DNA of 64,000 nt, from the NCBI RefSeq assembly GCF_006345805.1, contig NC_043007.1:69378001-69442000 (forward strand), written 5' to 3'. Shown piece after piece: positions 52,136 to 64,000 of the stretch (position 1 is its first letter; each line of letters opens with the position of its first letter). The notes beneath the pieces are model-generated. The model ran no database searches. It was not told where the DNA came from and saw only the letters and a program-made list of their open reading frames with translations. Source of the DNA: Octopus sinensis. Lineage: Eukaryota. The translations under genes and the position numbers were made by a program.

Positions 52136-52217
52136 AATTAGCCTCAAAGTTGTTTAATGTGTAAAGAAAGAAACAACTGATTTTAATGTCTAGTAATTAA
52201 AATAACATCCACCCAAT
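52136..52217. repeat. 82-bp exact direct duplication, copy 1 (copy 2 at 53909-53990)
   Basis: aattagcctcaaagttg...aataacatccacccaat appears identical at both sites by eye. Confidence 0.9.
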
Positions 52218-52444
52218 ATGGTCTGACGCCCTAACAATTCCACCCAATCTACTGTCTTAGATTGTTACCTTTTTGATCGATCTCAACAAGTCGATAAAAA
52301 CTAAAATTGATCTCAGGAAGATTTGAACCTAGAGCACAGAGTCGGAACAAATACAATGAGAAAGTCTATCCAATGCTCTAATCATTGCAAATTCACCTCC
52401 TTCCAGTAATTTTGAGGGGTGAGGAATTAGTCGGATACCAACTA

Positions 52445-52568
<124 letters not shown>

Positions 52569-53294
52569 GTGTGTGCAAGTGTGTGTTTTAAAGCTTTCGC
52601 ACAAATCATAAGTTTTCATTGTGAAGTTTGTTTCTTAAGAATGAGGTATAAAAATGACCTGAAACGTTAGTCAAGAGTTTGGTTGACACATTTCTAGACA
52701 AGGGGTAGAATGTATGAACGGTTATCTATATTATTCGTTTAAAACTCGCTTTAAAAAAATTCTATCTTTTTCTTTTGACTAACCAAATGATAATTTTGAC
52801 AGATTATTTATTATTAAGCAAAGTTATTTAGATAACACTGTGTAACACGATTTTTGTCCTTGGGCAGCAAATATTATTTACAATTTGCTTACCCGTAGAA
52901 AGTATTAAAAAATGGTTAATATTTCCTTCAAACTTTGCTTTCTTTACATTTATTCAAATCCCAAAGAATCCTTCTCATCACATAACTATGATGCTCCCTA
53001 CTCTAATCCTGCTCGTGATCAGAGACGCACATATTATCTGCCATTAACAGCCATGCTTAAGTGATTATGGTCGAGCAACTGACAAGCAAATCTGTGGTAC
53101 TGAGCAAAATATTTGCTATAACGATACTTCTGCTTCAGCAATACCGTGCTGAATCTGTCTGAAATAAAATGGAAAATAGGTCAGCTTCAAAGTATTGATA
53201 TCCAAGTGACAAAAGAAAAGTTTGAGGGGGAATAGCAGTCATTCATTTGATGTCTAGATAGAAGCAAATAGGAAATAACACTTACTGACAAAAT

Positions 53295-53324
53295 ACGTAA
53301 TAATAATAATAATAATAAATGATG

Positions 53325-53384
<60 letters not shown>

Positions 53385-53396
53385 GTGATGATGATG

Positions 53397-53432
<36 letters not shown>

Positions 53433-53508
53433 TTATAATAATAATAATAATAATATTATAATAATAATAATAATAATGATGATGATGATGATAATGATTA
53501 TAATAATA

Positions 53509-53544
<36 letters not shown>

Positions 53545-53557
53545 TGATGATAATGAT

Positions 53558-53607
<50 letters not shown>

Positions 53608-53624
53608 TAATCATAACGATAATG

Positions 53625-53714
<90 letters not shown>

Positions 53715-53741
53715 TAATAATAATAATAATAATAATAATAT
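53295..53741. repeat. ~450-bp (AAT)n/(GAT)n microsatellite
   Basis: Directly visible. Confidence 0.95.
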
Positions 53742-54039
53742 TTTGTTACATAGTGTAATTCACCAATCTGCAGGAAAGAAACATTAGAAGGTTTCGATTT
53801 TCCACTGGTAAAGTAAATCTACATAATGTCAGTTTAATTGTCTAGGAAATAGGTCAAAACTTCAATAAAAAAAAAAAACCATTTTCCTGAGCGTCTTTGT
53901 TTAATAAAAATTAGCCTCAAAGTTGTTTAATGTGTAAAGAAAGAAACAACTGATTTTAATGTCTAGTAATTAAAATAACATCCACCCAATTATTTAATAT
54001 GGTACGCAGCCATTTCGTACTGGCTTCCGATTTAAGCGC

Positions 54040-55020
54040 AAATATTCGATATCAGTTAAGGTCGACCGAAACTATCAAACCCTGAAAGGCAACATTGACT
54101 TCGCCCGGATTTGAAATCAGGAAGGGCCCGGGAAAAATACCGCTAGGCGTGTTGTCCGCTAGTTTCAAATTTTGACCCTAGTCAATAATTTTAGTAGGAG
54201 ATGATTAGTCGATTACATCGATCCTAATACTTGATTTCATCTTTATTTCATCAACCCAGAGGGATGAAAGGCAAAGCTGACTCCAGCGGAATTTGAAGTC
54301 AAAAAGTGAAAAACCAGGATAAATATCTCTCAGCATTTTTCCGGTGTTCTAACCATTTTGCTAGATCGCTGCTTTGGTTTCTAATTTAGGCACAAGGTCA
54401 GCAACTTTTCAAGGAAAGTGACTGGTCAATGTTTATGACCTGACCACGTAGCTGGTACTTTGTTTGATCGATACAAAAGTATGAATGACAAAATCCATCT
54501 CAACGGGATTCGGACAAAAGAAAAAAAAAACGAATAATGCCAAGTATTTTCCCCACACTTTAACGAGTTTGCCAGCTGTCCGCTGGCGCTGTAAATTGCT
54601 CATAAAGTTAATAGAAATAAACAAAATTATTTTATTTTATGTATCTCGTGATCATATCATATTTAAATCATAAACATGTCACTGCATTTAATGACAACAC
54701 TCCAATTGCTTTTTGTTTTTTGTTTTGCTTTAACTACAAAATACCAGGAGAGAAGAAATTGCTTGACATTTTTCATGAAATGAAATTTTTGTAATCCGTA
54801 TGTTTTAGTTTATTTATTTATTTACAGTAATATTGGTTTCACATGTTTATTTAAGGCCAGCAATTTCGGTGAAGTGGGTAGGTCAGTTACTTCGATCTTA
54901 GTGATCAACTGGTACTTATTTTATCGACCCCGGAAAGGCGAAAGGCAAAGTCGACCTCGGCAGGATTTGAACTCAGAACATGAAGACGGAAGAAATGCCG
55001 CTAAGTGTTTTCTCGGCGTG
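54040..55020 (-). mobile_element. Cluster of four degenerate SINE family A copies
   Basis: Recurrent gaaaggcaa...gatttgaa(a/g/c)tca motifs at ~54085, ~54265, ~54480 and ~54940. Confidence 0.7.
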
Positions 55021-55092
55021 AGTTGCTGAAGCAAAAATTGTTATAGCAAATAATTTGCTTGATTGATATTGTCAGTCGAGGTGTGCGGTGTT

Positions 55093-55382
55093 ATATATCC
55101 GTAACGGCCGATCTTACAATCGGTTTGACACACTCAGAGATATTTTGATATCAAGGCACATAATTCCTAACTGAACCCCCGCTCGGTTCAGTTCATCGTC
55201 TTTTCACAGGAACCACAAACCGGGTGTGTCTGTTCATCTCCAACAATAGAGAGCAATCGCCAAATTTTATTCCAAAACAGCTCTTTGAAGAACACGAGGT
55301 TACAAAAACGGACTATTACCTAACACCCCATTGAACCCATAGTGTGAAACCAATTGATAAGATCGGCCGCAATTGATATATA
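55093..55382. mobile_element. Old MITE with imperfect ~40-bp TIRs
   Basis: tatatatccgtaacggccgatcttacaatcggtttgacacact versus reverse complement tatatatcaattgcggccgatcttatcaattggtttcacact. Confidence 0.6.
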
Positions 55383-55539
55383 TAATAATGTACACATTGG
55401 AAAATATACTCTCTCAGGACATTCCAATAAGTAGTTTATCTCCCTTCGCTAGGCGGCTCTCCATGCAGACAATTCTACTTCCGCGGACTACCCACGCCAT
55501 TGCTGTTATGTGTCACGTCATATCATGAATATTAGGCAG

Positions 55540-56045
55540 CTCGAGTTAAAGAATTATTTGCGATTACATGGACAGTATGTTATTGGGAAAAAGACGGATT
55601 TGGTTGAAAGGTTAAAAGGTATAAAATTCTTTCGATAAAGAACGTCAATGAATTAAAATCAACAGACGTGAAATATACTTCAGACCGGAATAAGCAGAAA
55701 CTTGTTTCTCCTCTCGGTGAAGTTTTACCTGATCCTAATGTACTGAAATCAGATTGGGCTAAAGATTTTTATAAGTTGCCGAATTTTACGAATAATGACG
55801 TTTACAACTACCTCGTGCTACGAATGAAGGCAAAGCGACAGTTAAGAAGTGGCATATTTTACTATGACATACACGTCCACAGTATTGAATATCATGATGT
55901 TACCGAAAACTACTCTCACTTCATTGTCCGGTGTCTGGTAATCCCGTCAAAACCAACCTCTAACAAAAAGAACGATCCTGATCACAGAATGTCAAAGGTC
56001 ACTGGCAATGTGCATTCAGCTGATTGCAACTACACAGCCAGTTTA
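55540..56045 (+). pseudogene. ISL2EU second-ORF remnant (SAP-like motif then SWIM-type region; exonuclease domain absent)
   Basis: RLHGQYVIGKKTDLVERLKG (SAP-like); LPNFTNNDVYNYLV...VRCLVIPS...GNVHSADCNYTA (decayed SWIM). Confidence 0.65.
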
Positions 56046-56225
56046 ATTATTTTGACTTTTTTCCCTTGTATAATAAATTGTATTTTTCATGGATGTAAAT
56101 AAATAAATATATAATTAGAGCAATGAATAATAAATAAATGAGACTTAATTTTGAATATTTCTTTATCCCTATCATATTTATCAAATACAAATGCACAGTC
56201 ACATACAGATATCTCTGAAGTTTAT

Positions 56226-56462
56226 CTAATAAACGAATGGCAAGGGGTGATCTGTCGATGGTCCATTAGAATTGACGAAATGCTGGGAGCAAATCGCGCT
56301 ATTTGCAGTGTAAACAGAGTCTTTCCTCACAAGTTTCGATCTCTGAAGCCAAATATGACGGATAGCGACGTTTGCAGGGTATCTATAAAGTGAAATAACT
56401 TTGCCGTCTACATTGTTCCCTCTATAATTGCTGCATATACAACAGTATTTGCACGATTTCTT
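56226..56462 (-). pseudogene. THAP zinc-finger domain, N-terminus of the ISL2EU transposase (not in the ORF track)
   Basis: KKSCKYCCICSNYRGNNVDGKVISLYRYPANVAIRHIWLQRSKLVRKDSVYTANSAICSQHFVNSNGPSTDHPLPFVY*: C2CH ligands plus the conserved P, W and F. No ATG in frame. Confidence 0.8.
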
Positions 56463-56792
56463 TGCCTGTTGGTCGGTGGTCCGCGGAAGTAGGAGAAAGT
56501 CACATATGGGAGAGTTCCAATCAGGGACAGATAACTAGCTTATCGGAATGGCCCTGACTTACACACTGTTTGCGTCTGTGTTCATTCCCCACCACCGTTT
56601 CACGACAGGTGTTAGTGTGTTTACGACCCCCGAGCCTAGCGGTTGGGCCTAAGAGGTCGATAGAATAAGTACCAGGTTTAAAGAAATCAGAAAGCAAATA
56701 CTGGGGACATTTCCTACGGCTAAAAATTCAAGGCGATACCCCCAACATGGCTACAGTCGAATGACTGAAACAGATAAAAGATAAAAGATAAG

Positions 56793-56973
56793 GAATGGCT
56801 GCGTGGTAAGTAGCTTGTTTACCAACCACATGGTTCCGGATTCGGTCCCACTGCGTGGCACATTGGGCAATACTCTTCCACTATAGCATCGGGCCGACCA
56901 AAGCCTTGTGAGTGAATTTGGTAGACGGAAACTGAAAGAAGACCGTATGTGTGTGTGTGTGTGTGTGTGTGTG

Positions 56974-57021
<48 letters not shown>

Positions 57022-57268
57022 TGTGTGTGTGTGTGCGTGTGTGTGTATGTGTGTGTGTGTGTGGTGTGCGTGTGTTCGTACATGTCTCTGTATCTGTGTT
57101 TGTCCCGCATCATCGCTTGACAACCGATGCTGGTGTGTTTACGTCCCTGCAACTTATCGGTTCGGCAAAAGAGAATAAGTCCTGGCGTTGATTTGTTCGA
57201 TTAAAGGCGGTACACCAGCATGGCTGCAGTCAAATGACTGAAACAAATAAAAGAGTGAAAGAGTAAAA
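56793..57268 (+). mobile_element. SINE family B with expanded internal (TG)n, preceded by a related 3' half (56560-56790)
   Basis: Matches 51161-51577. Confidence 0.9.
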
Positions 57269-57634
57269 AAGCATATATATATACACACACTCGTATATTC
57301 ATGACTGTACTTAATGTGCATGTATGTATGTATGTATGTATGTATGTATGTATAAATGTATGTATGTATGTATGTATGTACGTATGTATGTATGCATGCA
57401 TGTATGTGCGGACTTGTGTTCGTGTGCGTGCGATTCCCTATATTTATCAACATGTACAAAAATCTAAATTTTAAACTGTTTCAGGAACTGTTTCAGAGAG
57501 AATTTAGCACAACATATGGTCAGATTGCACATTCGTACATATGTGCTTAGAATTTTATTTGTATGCGTGTGCTTTGTTTATGTGTGCATATTTCTACTCA
57601 TACATACACACACAGATATGTATATATATAGTTA

Positions 57635-57696
<62 letters not shown>

Positions 57697-57993
57697 ATGT
57701 GTCTGCGTTTATGGCTATATTCCCACAGGCCCACACTGACGCGCACACAGGCACACTTACACACACGCATATATAGTCTTTTTGTGTATGTGTGTGTGTG
57801 TGTGTGAGTGTGCGTGTGTGTACAGGTATGTATATACGTATTCATGCATGTACGTATGAATAAATATAGTTTGAAAGATCGTTATCCATGCATGTATTAC
57901 AGCATACACCGCCCACACGTGTATATGTATACGTATATATACGTATGTTTCAATACACACACACACACACCACACACACACACACACACACAC

Positions 57994-58052
<59 letters not shown>

Positions 58053-58309
58053 AAGATTATGTGATGGTGTGTGTGTGTTTTGCAGGAAGTCAGTGGTGTT
58101 ATGACGGTTGTAGGTGGCGAAAACTACGCATCACCAAAACAGATGAATGAATGTAAAACAAGCAAGGTAATGAACGGGACACTGACAACTAAAAGAACAC
58201 TTGTTTTGAAGTTAACATTTCTTTCTCTTCCTTTTCCTCTTTCAACCCTCTCTTATCTCCTTCTCTTACTCGCTCTCACTCTCTATCTGACTGTCTATCA
58301 GTCTGTCTG

Positions 58310-58353
<44 letters not shown>

Positions 58354-58356
<3 letters not shown>

Positions 58357-60016
58357 TATTATAAAAGGCAGATTTATCTGCCTCCCTTTGTAACTTATAG
58401 AAATCTACAATATAGGATTTCTTCAATTACAATTTACCTAGCATTTTTAAGAGTAGAATGCATCGGGTCATGCCAGGTCCAGTTTTTAAAATTTAAACTC
58501 CAATTAAGCAAAATTTACAGAAAACTCACATTCTGGTGTGTATGTCAAATGCTTTTCTTAATGTGGTTACACCACACGCACACGCACACACACAGTGTGC
58601 AACGAATAAAATGAAAGTAATAGCGACAGAGTGATTTGAGGAAGACTAAACTGAAAGTATTTAAACCACTACTCAAAAATAAAAAAAACACAGCAAACAG
58701 AAACAAATAAATACATAACGATTTACTCCTCACACAATTTCTTCAATTAGAAGTTTACCTTCAAAGTACTCCATTCGGTCATGCCATAATATATTTCTTT
58801 CAATTTCACCCCCAATTAAGACAAAATTCGAGAAAACTCAATATTTAACATTTCACTCCGAAAGCATTGATGTACATGCGTGCGTGAGTGTGTGTGTGTG
58901 TGTGTTGTGTGTGTGTGTGTGTGTGTGTGTTTGATGGGTTGTGCGACACAGAAAGTGTGGTGTGTAAGTGAAGTGCTTTTGTTAGTGTGTGTAAAGAGAC
59001 AGACAGAGTGAAAGACAGAAATAACTGAACTTTTTTATTCACTTTTTGTAGTGAGTGACTGAGAGAGAAAAGAGAGAGAGAGGTTATGTATGTATATATG
59101 TATGTATGGCTTCAGTGACACACACACACAAAAACACATACCTACGTACACCTAAAGCACGCACACACACACACACACACAAGCGGAGCGCGAACTTCAA
59201 AATTTTGGTAGTATTAATTTGCGAGCGTACTTCTAAGCGCGCGTAATTGAAAGTTTTCACTATGATATCATCACGTGCGAAAAAATTCGAAGGGTTTTGA
59301 ACAATTGAGATACAGATGTCACGCCTGTATTGAAACCATTGCTAAGCTGCCGTAATTGCTTAATTAAGACTTTGTTTAAATTGAAAGGGGCAAATATGTG
59401 ACGAGGTTGAAAAAAATACCCCAGAAAAAAAATGTACTGCTGGTATTTATATAATTCACTACTATTTTGCTACAATGTCATGAAAAAGAAAAAAATTAGG
59501 TATGTAAATCGAATTCGCCACCCCCTTTCCCCGTTCGCGTTTGTGTAAAAAAAATTATTATTAAGTTTTAAAAATTATTTACTTTGTTCAAAAAATATTA
59601 ATATTAATTAATTTTCAAGAATTATTTAATTTTATTCTGTAAAATAGTAATTAATTCATTTATCTGTAAATCCGCGAGGTTGTTACTCAGGCACCTAGAA
59701 TGGTAACCTTCAACTAACACTATCTCCTCCGAGACCCTGCGGCGCAAGTTGACCAAAATTGAGAGTATGGTAGAAGAAGGGTTGCTCTTCCTTCCGTAGA
59801 ACATAAAATTCAAATCGGACCATGTTAACACCAAAAATTATTTACATCAAAAGATGCTTTTTTCTATGAAAATCCCTATTTTTACGATTTTTTCACTGCT
59901 GTGTCGCCACTTTTCGGTGTATTTCGACCAGAAAAATGTTCACAAAATTTTTACTTTTCAAAATTACAATTCCAGCGGGTCGAAACAAACCGAGCAACGC
60001 CGGGCGATACTGCTAG
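58354..60016 (+). mobile_element. Non-autonomous Helitron, 1663 bp
   Basis: A|TCttattataaaa at the 5' end; 3' ccgagcaacgccgggcgatactgCTAG|T identical to 14085-14112; diverged internal module duplication (~58415-58535 versus ~58735-58845). Confidence 0.8.
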
Positions 60017-60223
60017 TATATATATAAAGGATGAAATATAATTAAATTAATAAAATCAATAAATTTCACCTTGTAGTATTTCTGTAGAAAAGGACCATAA
60101 TCGGTAAAAATTTATATAATTATAATAAAGTTTTTTGCAAATTGTTGCACAAAAAAAAAACCCTTATATAATAATATATATATATATATATATTATATAT
60201 ATTATATATATATATATATGCAT

Positions 60224-60254
<31 letters not shown>

Positions 60255-60262
60255 ATATATAA

Positions 60263-60302
<40 letters not shown>

Positions 60303-60324
60303 ACACAACAACAGACAGACTGAT

Positions 60325-60548
60325 AGACATTCAAAATGTGACCACGTGTGTACCTTTGGCGATTTTTTTCCTCGTCTTCCCTTCTTTGGATCTTTCCTTT
60401 TCCTATGTTTCTGACGAAGAACTCCGCTCGAAACGTTAAACCCTCCTTCTTTCCTTCTTTCCTGAGCATCCAATAATACTATACTTGTTCCACGTCCTCA
60501 CGTTGTTGTGTTTTCTCTTTGTGTTTTCATGTTTAGATTAACTTTATA
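60325..60548 (+). mobile_element. Penelope-like terminal repeat remnant
   Basis: Pyrimidine-rich strand carrying a hammerhead motif; same organisation as 47150-47365. Confidence 0.65.
60407..60441 (+). ncRNA. Minimal type-I hammerhead motif with canonical core
   Basis: guuu-CUGACGA-a-gaac(ucc)gcuc-GAAA-cgu-U-aaac; one A.C mismatch in stem II. Confidence 0.7.
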
Positions 60549-60572
60549 TGCATATATGCATACGTATATGTA

Positions 60573-61038
60573 TCAGGTCATCACATAAGTTCTGTCCAAA
60601 TTTACCTTTCTTAAAATCGAATGAAATTTAATAGTATTTTAGAATGTCTAATGGAATTAAAAATTATTTCTATGCATTTGTGTACTGTTAAACTAAATAG
60701 ATATTATTTTACAGACTAATAGAATTAAAATTTCTTTGATTAAAACCCTTTCTAACATGGAAGTATCCAAAGAGCATTGAAGGCACATAATGCTTTATGA
60801 GTACAAAAAAGGAATCTCTGAAGACGAAGCAACTCGAAACATACACTCAGTTTATGGGAAAGGATGCTTGAATGAAAGAACTATCAGAAGACGCTTTGCA
60901 AAATTCAGAAGTGGAGATTTCAGCCTTGAAGATGAAGATCAAACAGGTCGTCCAGTTGAGTTTGATGATAAGATTCTTGAGGCATTACTTGAAGAAAATT
61001 CTGCATTATCAATTGAAGAATTGGCAATAAAGCTTAGT
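60573..61038 (+). mobile_element. Mariner transposon 5' fragment (family 3), truncated at (AT)n
   Basis: TA|tcaggtcatcacataagttct TIR; MEVSKEH*RHIMLYEYKKG...KFRSGDFSLEDE..TGRP from 60757. Confidence 0.85.
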
Positions 61039-61150
<112 letters not shown>

Positions 61151-61363
61151 AATTTGGGTATCTACGAGATACCACCATGCTGAAAATAGCAGCCATGATC
61201 TGACTCTAAAACGACCTTAATTGTCCATATCGCAAACACGGAGAGAAAAGAAAGAGACAAGATGAAGCTCGTAAAAAATTACTGGATATTCCAGATCCCG
61301 GATTTCTGACTTTGCATTTACGAATGCTTTGCCTCGTCAGTATTTATATATATGTATATATAA

Positions 61364-61444
<81 letters not shown>

Positions 61445-61579
61445 ATATATATATACACTAGAATATAAGGAAAATCAACGTTAATGATTTTTATCAGGAA
61501 GTCAGCATGCAATAAAAATGTAATTGATACATTAAATTATAATTATATATATATATGTATATGTATACAATTATATTAA

Positions 61580-62125
61580 AGGAGCAAGGGCGAAAAAGAA
61601 AAAAACGGCCAACATGCTTGGAAATGCCGAGGCATTCAGATGATACCGAAAGACTCCAAAAATATACTCGGATTGTAGGCGAGCGAGTGAAAAAACATGA
61701 GAAAGACTTCATGTTAATTGCGAAGTGGGTCCAATCTCTAGAACAAAGCCGTAAAAACAAACTTTTTCTTCGTCAACACAATACAAGAGAAATATAAATG
61801 CAAATCATTATATATACCCGTACAAAACAGATCCGCACGTCCACATACAAATATTTGCACGTATAGATCAAAGAGAAATCAGATCAATACTTTTTCACAA
61901 CCACGTGTATATTATTACAATAGCTCCGCATAAAATGGTATTCTGTTTTTACGACTTCAATCTAGAAATTGGACCAAATTCATAATTAGCGTGAAGTCTT
62001 TTGAATGTTTTTTCACTCGCTCGCGTACAATCCGTGTATATTTTTTGAGTTTTTTGGTAGTATCTGAATACCTCCGCATTTTCAAGCCTGTTAGCAATAG
62101 GTGGTTTTTTTTCGCCCTTGCTCCC
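61580..62125. mobile_element. TTAA-flanked long-TIR MITE (Kolobok-like), 546 bp
   Basis: TTAA at 61576-61579 and 62126-62129; termini (a/g)ggagcaagggcgaaaaa; ~175-bp diverged inverted arms. Confidence 0.7.
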
Positions 62126-62189
62126 TTAATATAATTATATATATATATATGTGTGTGTGTGTGTATAATTATTACGGAGATGTACTTGC

Positions 62190-62395
62190 ATAGCAAGTGA
62201 CCTGATTTGAGATCGTGTGCTGGAATGAAAATAATTGCAGCGTGGAAGGTGTTTATAAGCCATTTAAGAAATACACAAAAACCGTTAGATTCACTTCAAC
62301 ATTTAAATTTAATTTGCCAAAATATTTTCGTCGCTTTGAGACCGCGACCTGTTTACTGACAAAATTCCGTGCTGCATCTCACGAATCGATTTATC
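62190..62395 (-). mobile_element. Penelope-like terminal repeat, same family as 11877-12075
   Basis: Near-identical to 11877-12008. Confidence 0.7.
62313..62363 (-). ncRNA. Hammerhead motif, G3:C8 core variant (G5 mutated in this copy)
   Basis: uuuguca-GUAAACA-g-gucgc(ggucucaaa)gcgac-GAAA-auauu-U-uggcaaa: 7-bp stem I with one G.U pair, 5-bp stem II, palindromic stem III. Confidence 0.65.
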
Positions 62396-62748
62396 CCCTA
62401 CTCCTGAAATTGCTGGTCTTTTGCCAAAATTTGGAATCACTATATATGTACATTATAAAATACATATATTACACAGACACAGATACACACACACATATAT
62501 ATATATATTTGTACATATGTTTAAAGTCAACTCGCCGTCTATGACATGGTTATGATATCGTCCTAAATACGGTACTAGATATTTACGAGAGTTTCGTACT
62601 CTTACGGCTGCTATTCTGAATAGGTGTTTGGACGCCATATAAAAGGCGATAAGTTTCTCTAAACGCTTCCTCTTCACACCATTGATGTCACTTGTGGGTT
62701 TTAAAATGATGACGAAAAAGCATCGTTTGATGTCAATAGTCGACTTAC

Positions 62749-62819
62749 CGGAACTATCACGTTAAGATGAATAGGATGTAATGTGGGTTGCGGGGACACC
62801 GATAACATATAAGGAAATC
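62749..62819 (-). CDS. Candidate 71-bp exon of an unidentified gene
   Basis: Minus-strand acceptor gtttcctattgcag|G and consensus donor CCG|GTAAGT; a single open frame, FPYMLSVSPQPTLHPIHLNVIVP. Confidence 0.3.
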
Positions 62820-63094
62820 CTGCAATAGGAAACACCGGAAGCTTTATCATTTCATACACTCACGTAAGGATACACACACACATATGCATGTATGTATGAT
62901 GTATGTATATTCACACCGGCATTATAATATGAAAGCTAGTAGACCTGGACTTCGAAATCACTGCCATGACACATCTTGTTAAGGAATAAATATATGCTCT
63001 ACAAAAAGTATTCGATAAACCTTCTATTGAATGTAGAATTCTTTCTATTATGATCTGACATAAAATCAAACATGGATATACATACATACATACA

Positions 63095-63126
<32 letters not shown>

Positions 63127-63384
63127 ATATATATATATATAATATATAATTATTATAATTATAATATTAGGGAGTATAACTCCAACTTACGAGGAAAAAT
63201 TCAATTAGTATTAAATCAAATTTTGCAGTATAAATATATAAAGATATAAAAAATATTATAAAATATAAATTAGAGATAAAACCACTATTATGCAACTCAA
63301 ACATTGTAAATATAAATATAAATATAAATATAAATATATGTAAAATATAAATCTTTAATTTATATATATATATATATATATATA

Positions 63385-63897
63385 CCCATCTCTCCTCCTT
63401 CCACGTGACCGGTGTCCGGTCAGCCATGATCTTTCTTTCTTGGCCAAACTGCCGAACGTCAACACCTCTTGTGTCCATCTCCCATGTTCTTGCCATTAGG
63501 CTTTCACTTCATACACGCCAGCTCAATTTGATTCGTTCTCAGTCGAAAGACGCCTGTTGTTATTCTTGCTGTTTGTATTCGTAATTGTGTACCATGTTCT
63601 CCGTTTCCTAGTTTGTTTGTTGTTGTTTTTTTGTCTTTGATGCCATGCACATTCACTAGCTTTCTTACAAAGGGGTCTAATGTTCTTAGCTTAGATTTTT
63701 GGAGAGCAACTAGATCGAACCATCTCGTGTGTAACTGTCCGAAATGGTCGAGACTTCTGGGACTTGACTGATGAAAGAAAGCCAAGAAAGAACCGTCCTT
63801 TTTTGCCTGTCCTTCTAATTGCTGTTTCTCTTGTTCGCCTATGTATCGTCTATCTATCCGAATGTTTTAATGCCCTCTATTGCATTTTTGTTCCATT

Positions 63898-63900
<3 letters not shown>
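63385..63900 (+). mobile_element. Decayed interspersed repeat, probably a Penelope-type 3' region
   Basis: Its distal end resembles the reverse complement of ~9995-10045; pyrimidine-skewed strand as in other PLE ends; no convincing protein motif. Confidence 0.35.
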
Positions 63901-63968
<68 letters not shown>

Positions 63969-64000
63969 ATTATGTATGTATATATGTATATATATATATA

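Larger units (their letters stand above)
55415..56556. mobile_element. ISL2EU (PIF/Harbinger-related) internally deleted transposon
   Basis: Imperfect ~75-bp TIRs (gg(a/c)cattcc(a/g)ataag...ctacttccgcggac) enclose two convergent gene remnants: SAP/SWIM-like on + and THAP on -. Confidence 0.75.

Noticed and set aside
61555-62196. Pair of similar ORFs (KYTRIV.ERVKKH.KDF) suggesting a duplicated small gene
   Set aside because: They are the two inverted arms of a TTAA-flanked MITE, and the substitutions are mostly nonsynonymous.
63760-63800. CUGAUGA...GAAA hammerhead-like motif on +
   Set aside because: The intervening aagaaagccaa cannot form stem II, and no stem I or stem III is evident.

Overview
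AT-rich, extremely repeat-dense metazoan genomic DNA. The SINE families and microsatellite load point to an octopod cephalopod (Octopus-like); this is inferred from recalled repeat families, not from a database search. No host gene can be identified with confidence. The window looks like a very large intron or intergenic desert with at most one or two short candidate exons (26038-26281 on +; 62749-62819 on -). Nearly all long ORFs in the supplied track are microsatellite read-throughs. The real protein-coding signal comes from decayed transposons: Penelope-like elements (PLEs, RT + GIY-YIG, including a 4.3-kb locus with ~1.75-kb inverted arms), R4/Dong RLE retrotransposons associated with (TAA)n, RTE and CR1 LINE remnants, three mariner families, Chapaev3, an ISL2EU deletion derivative carrying a THAP ORF missed by the track, two non-autonomous Helitrons, several MITEs and many tRNA-derived SINEs. 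The most interesting signal is a set of minimal type-I hammerhead ribozyme motifs in different PLE terminal repeats. Their catalytic cores show three different Watson-Crick solutions at the 3:8 tertiary pair (C:G, U:A, G:C). Other notable structures are templated local duplications, fold-back inversions and a 48/51-bp minisatellite with a 147-bp higher-order period and a fossil reading frame. Single-base dropouts inside microsatellites suggest residual long-read indel errors, so some frameshifts may be artefacts.
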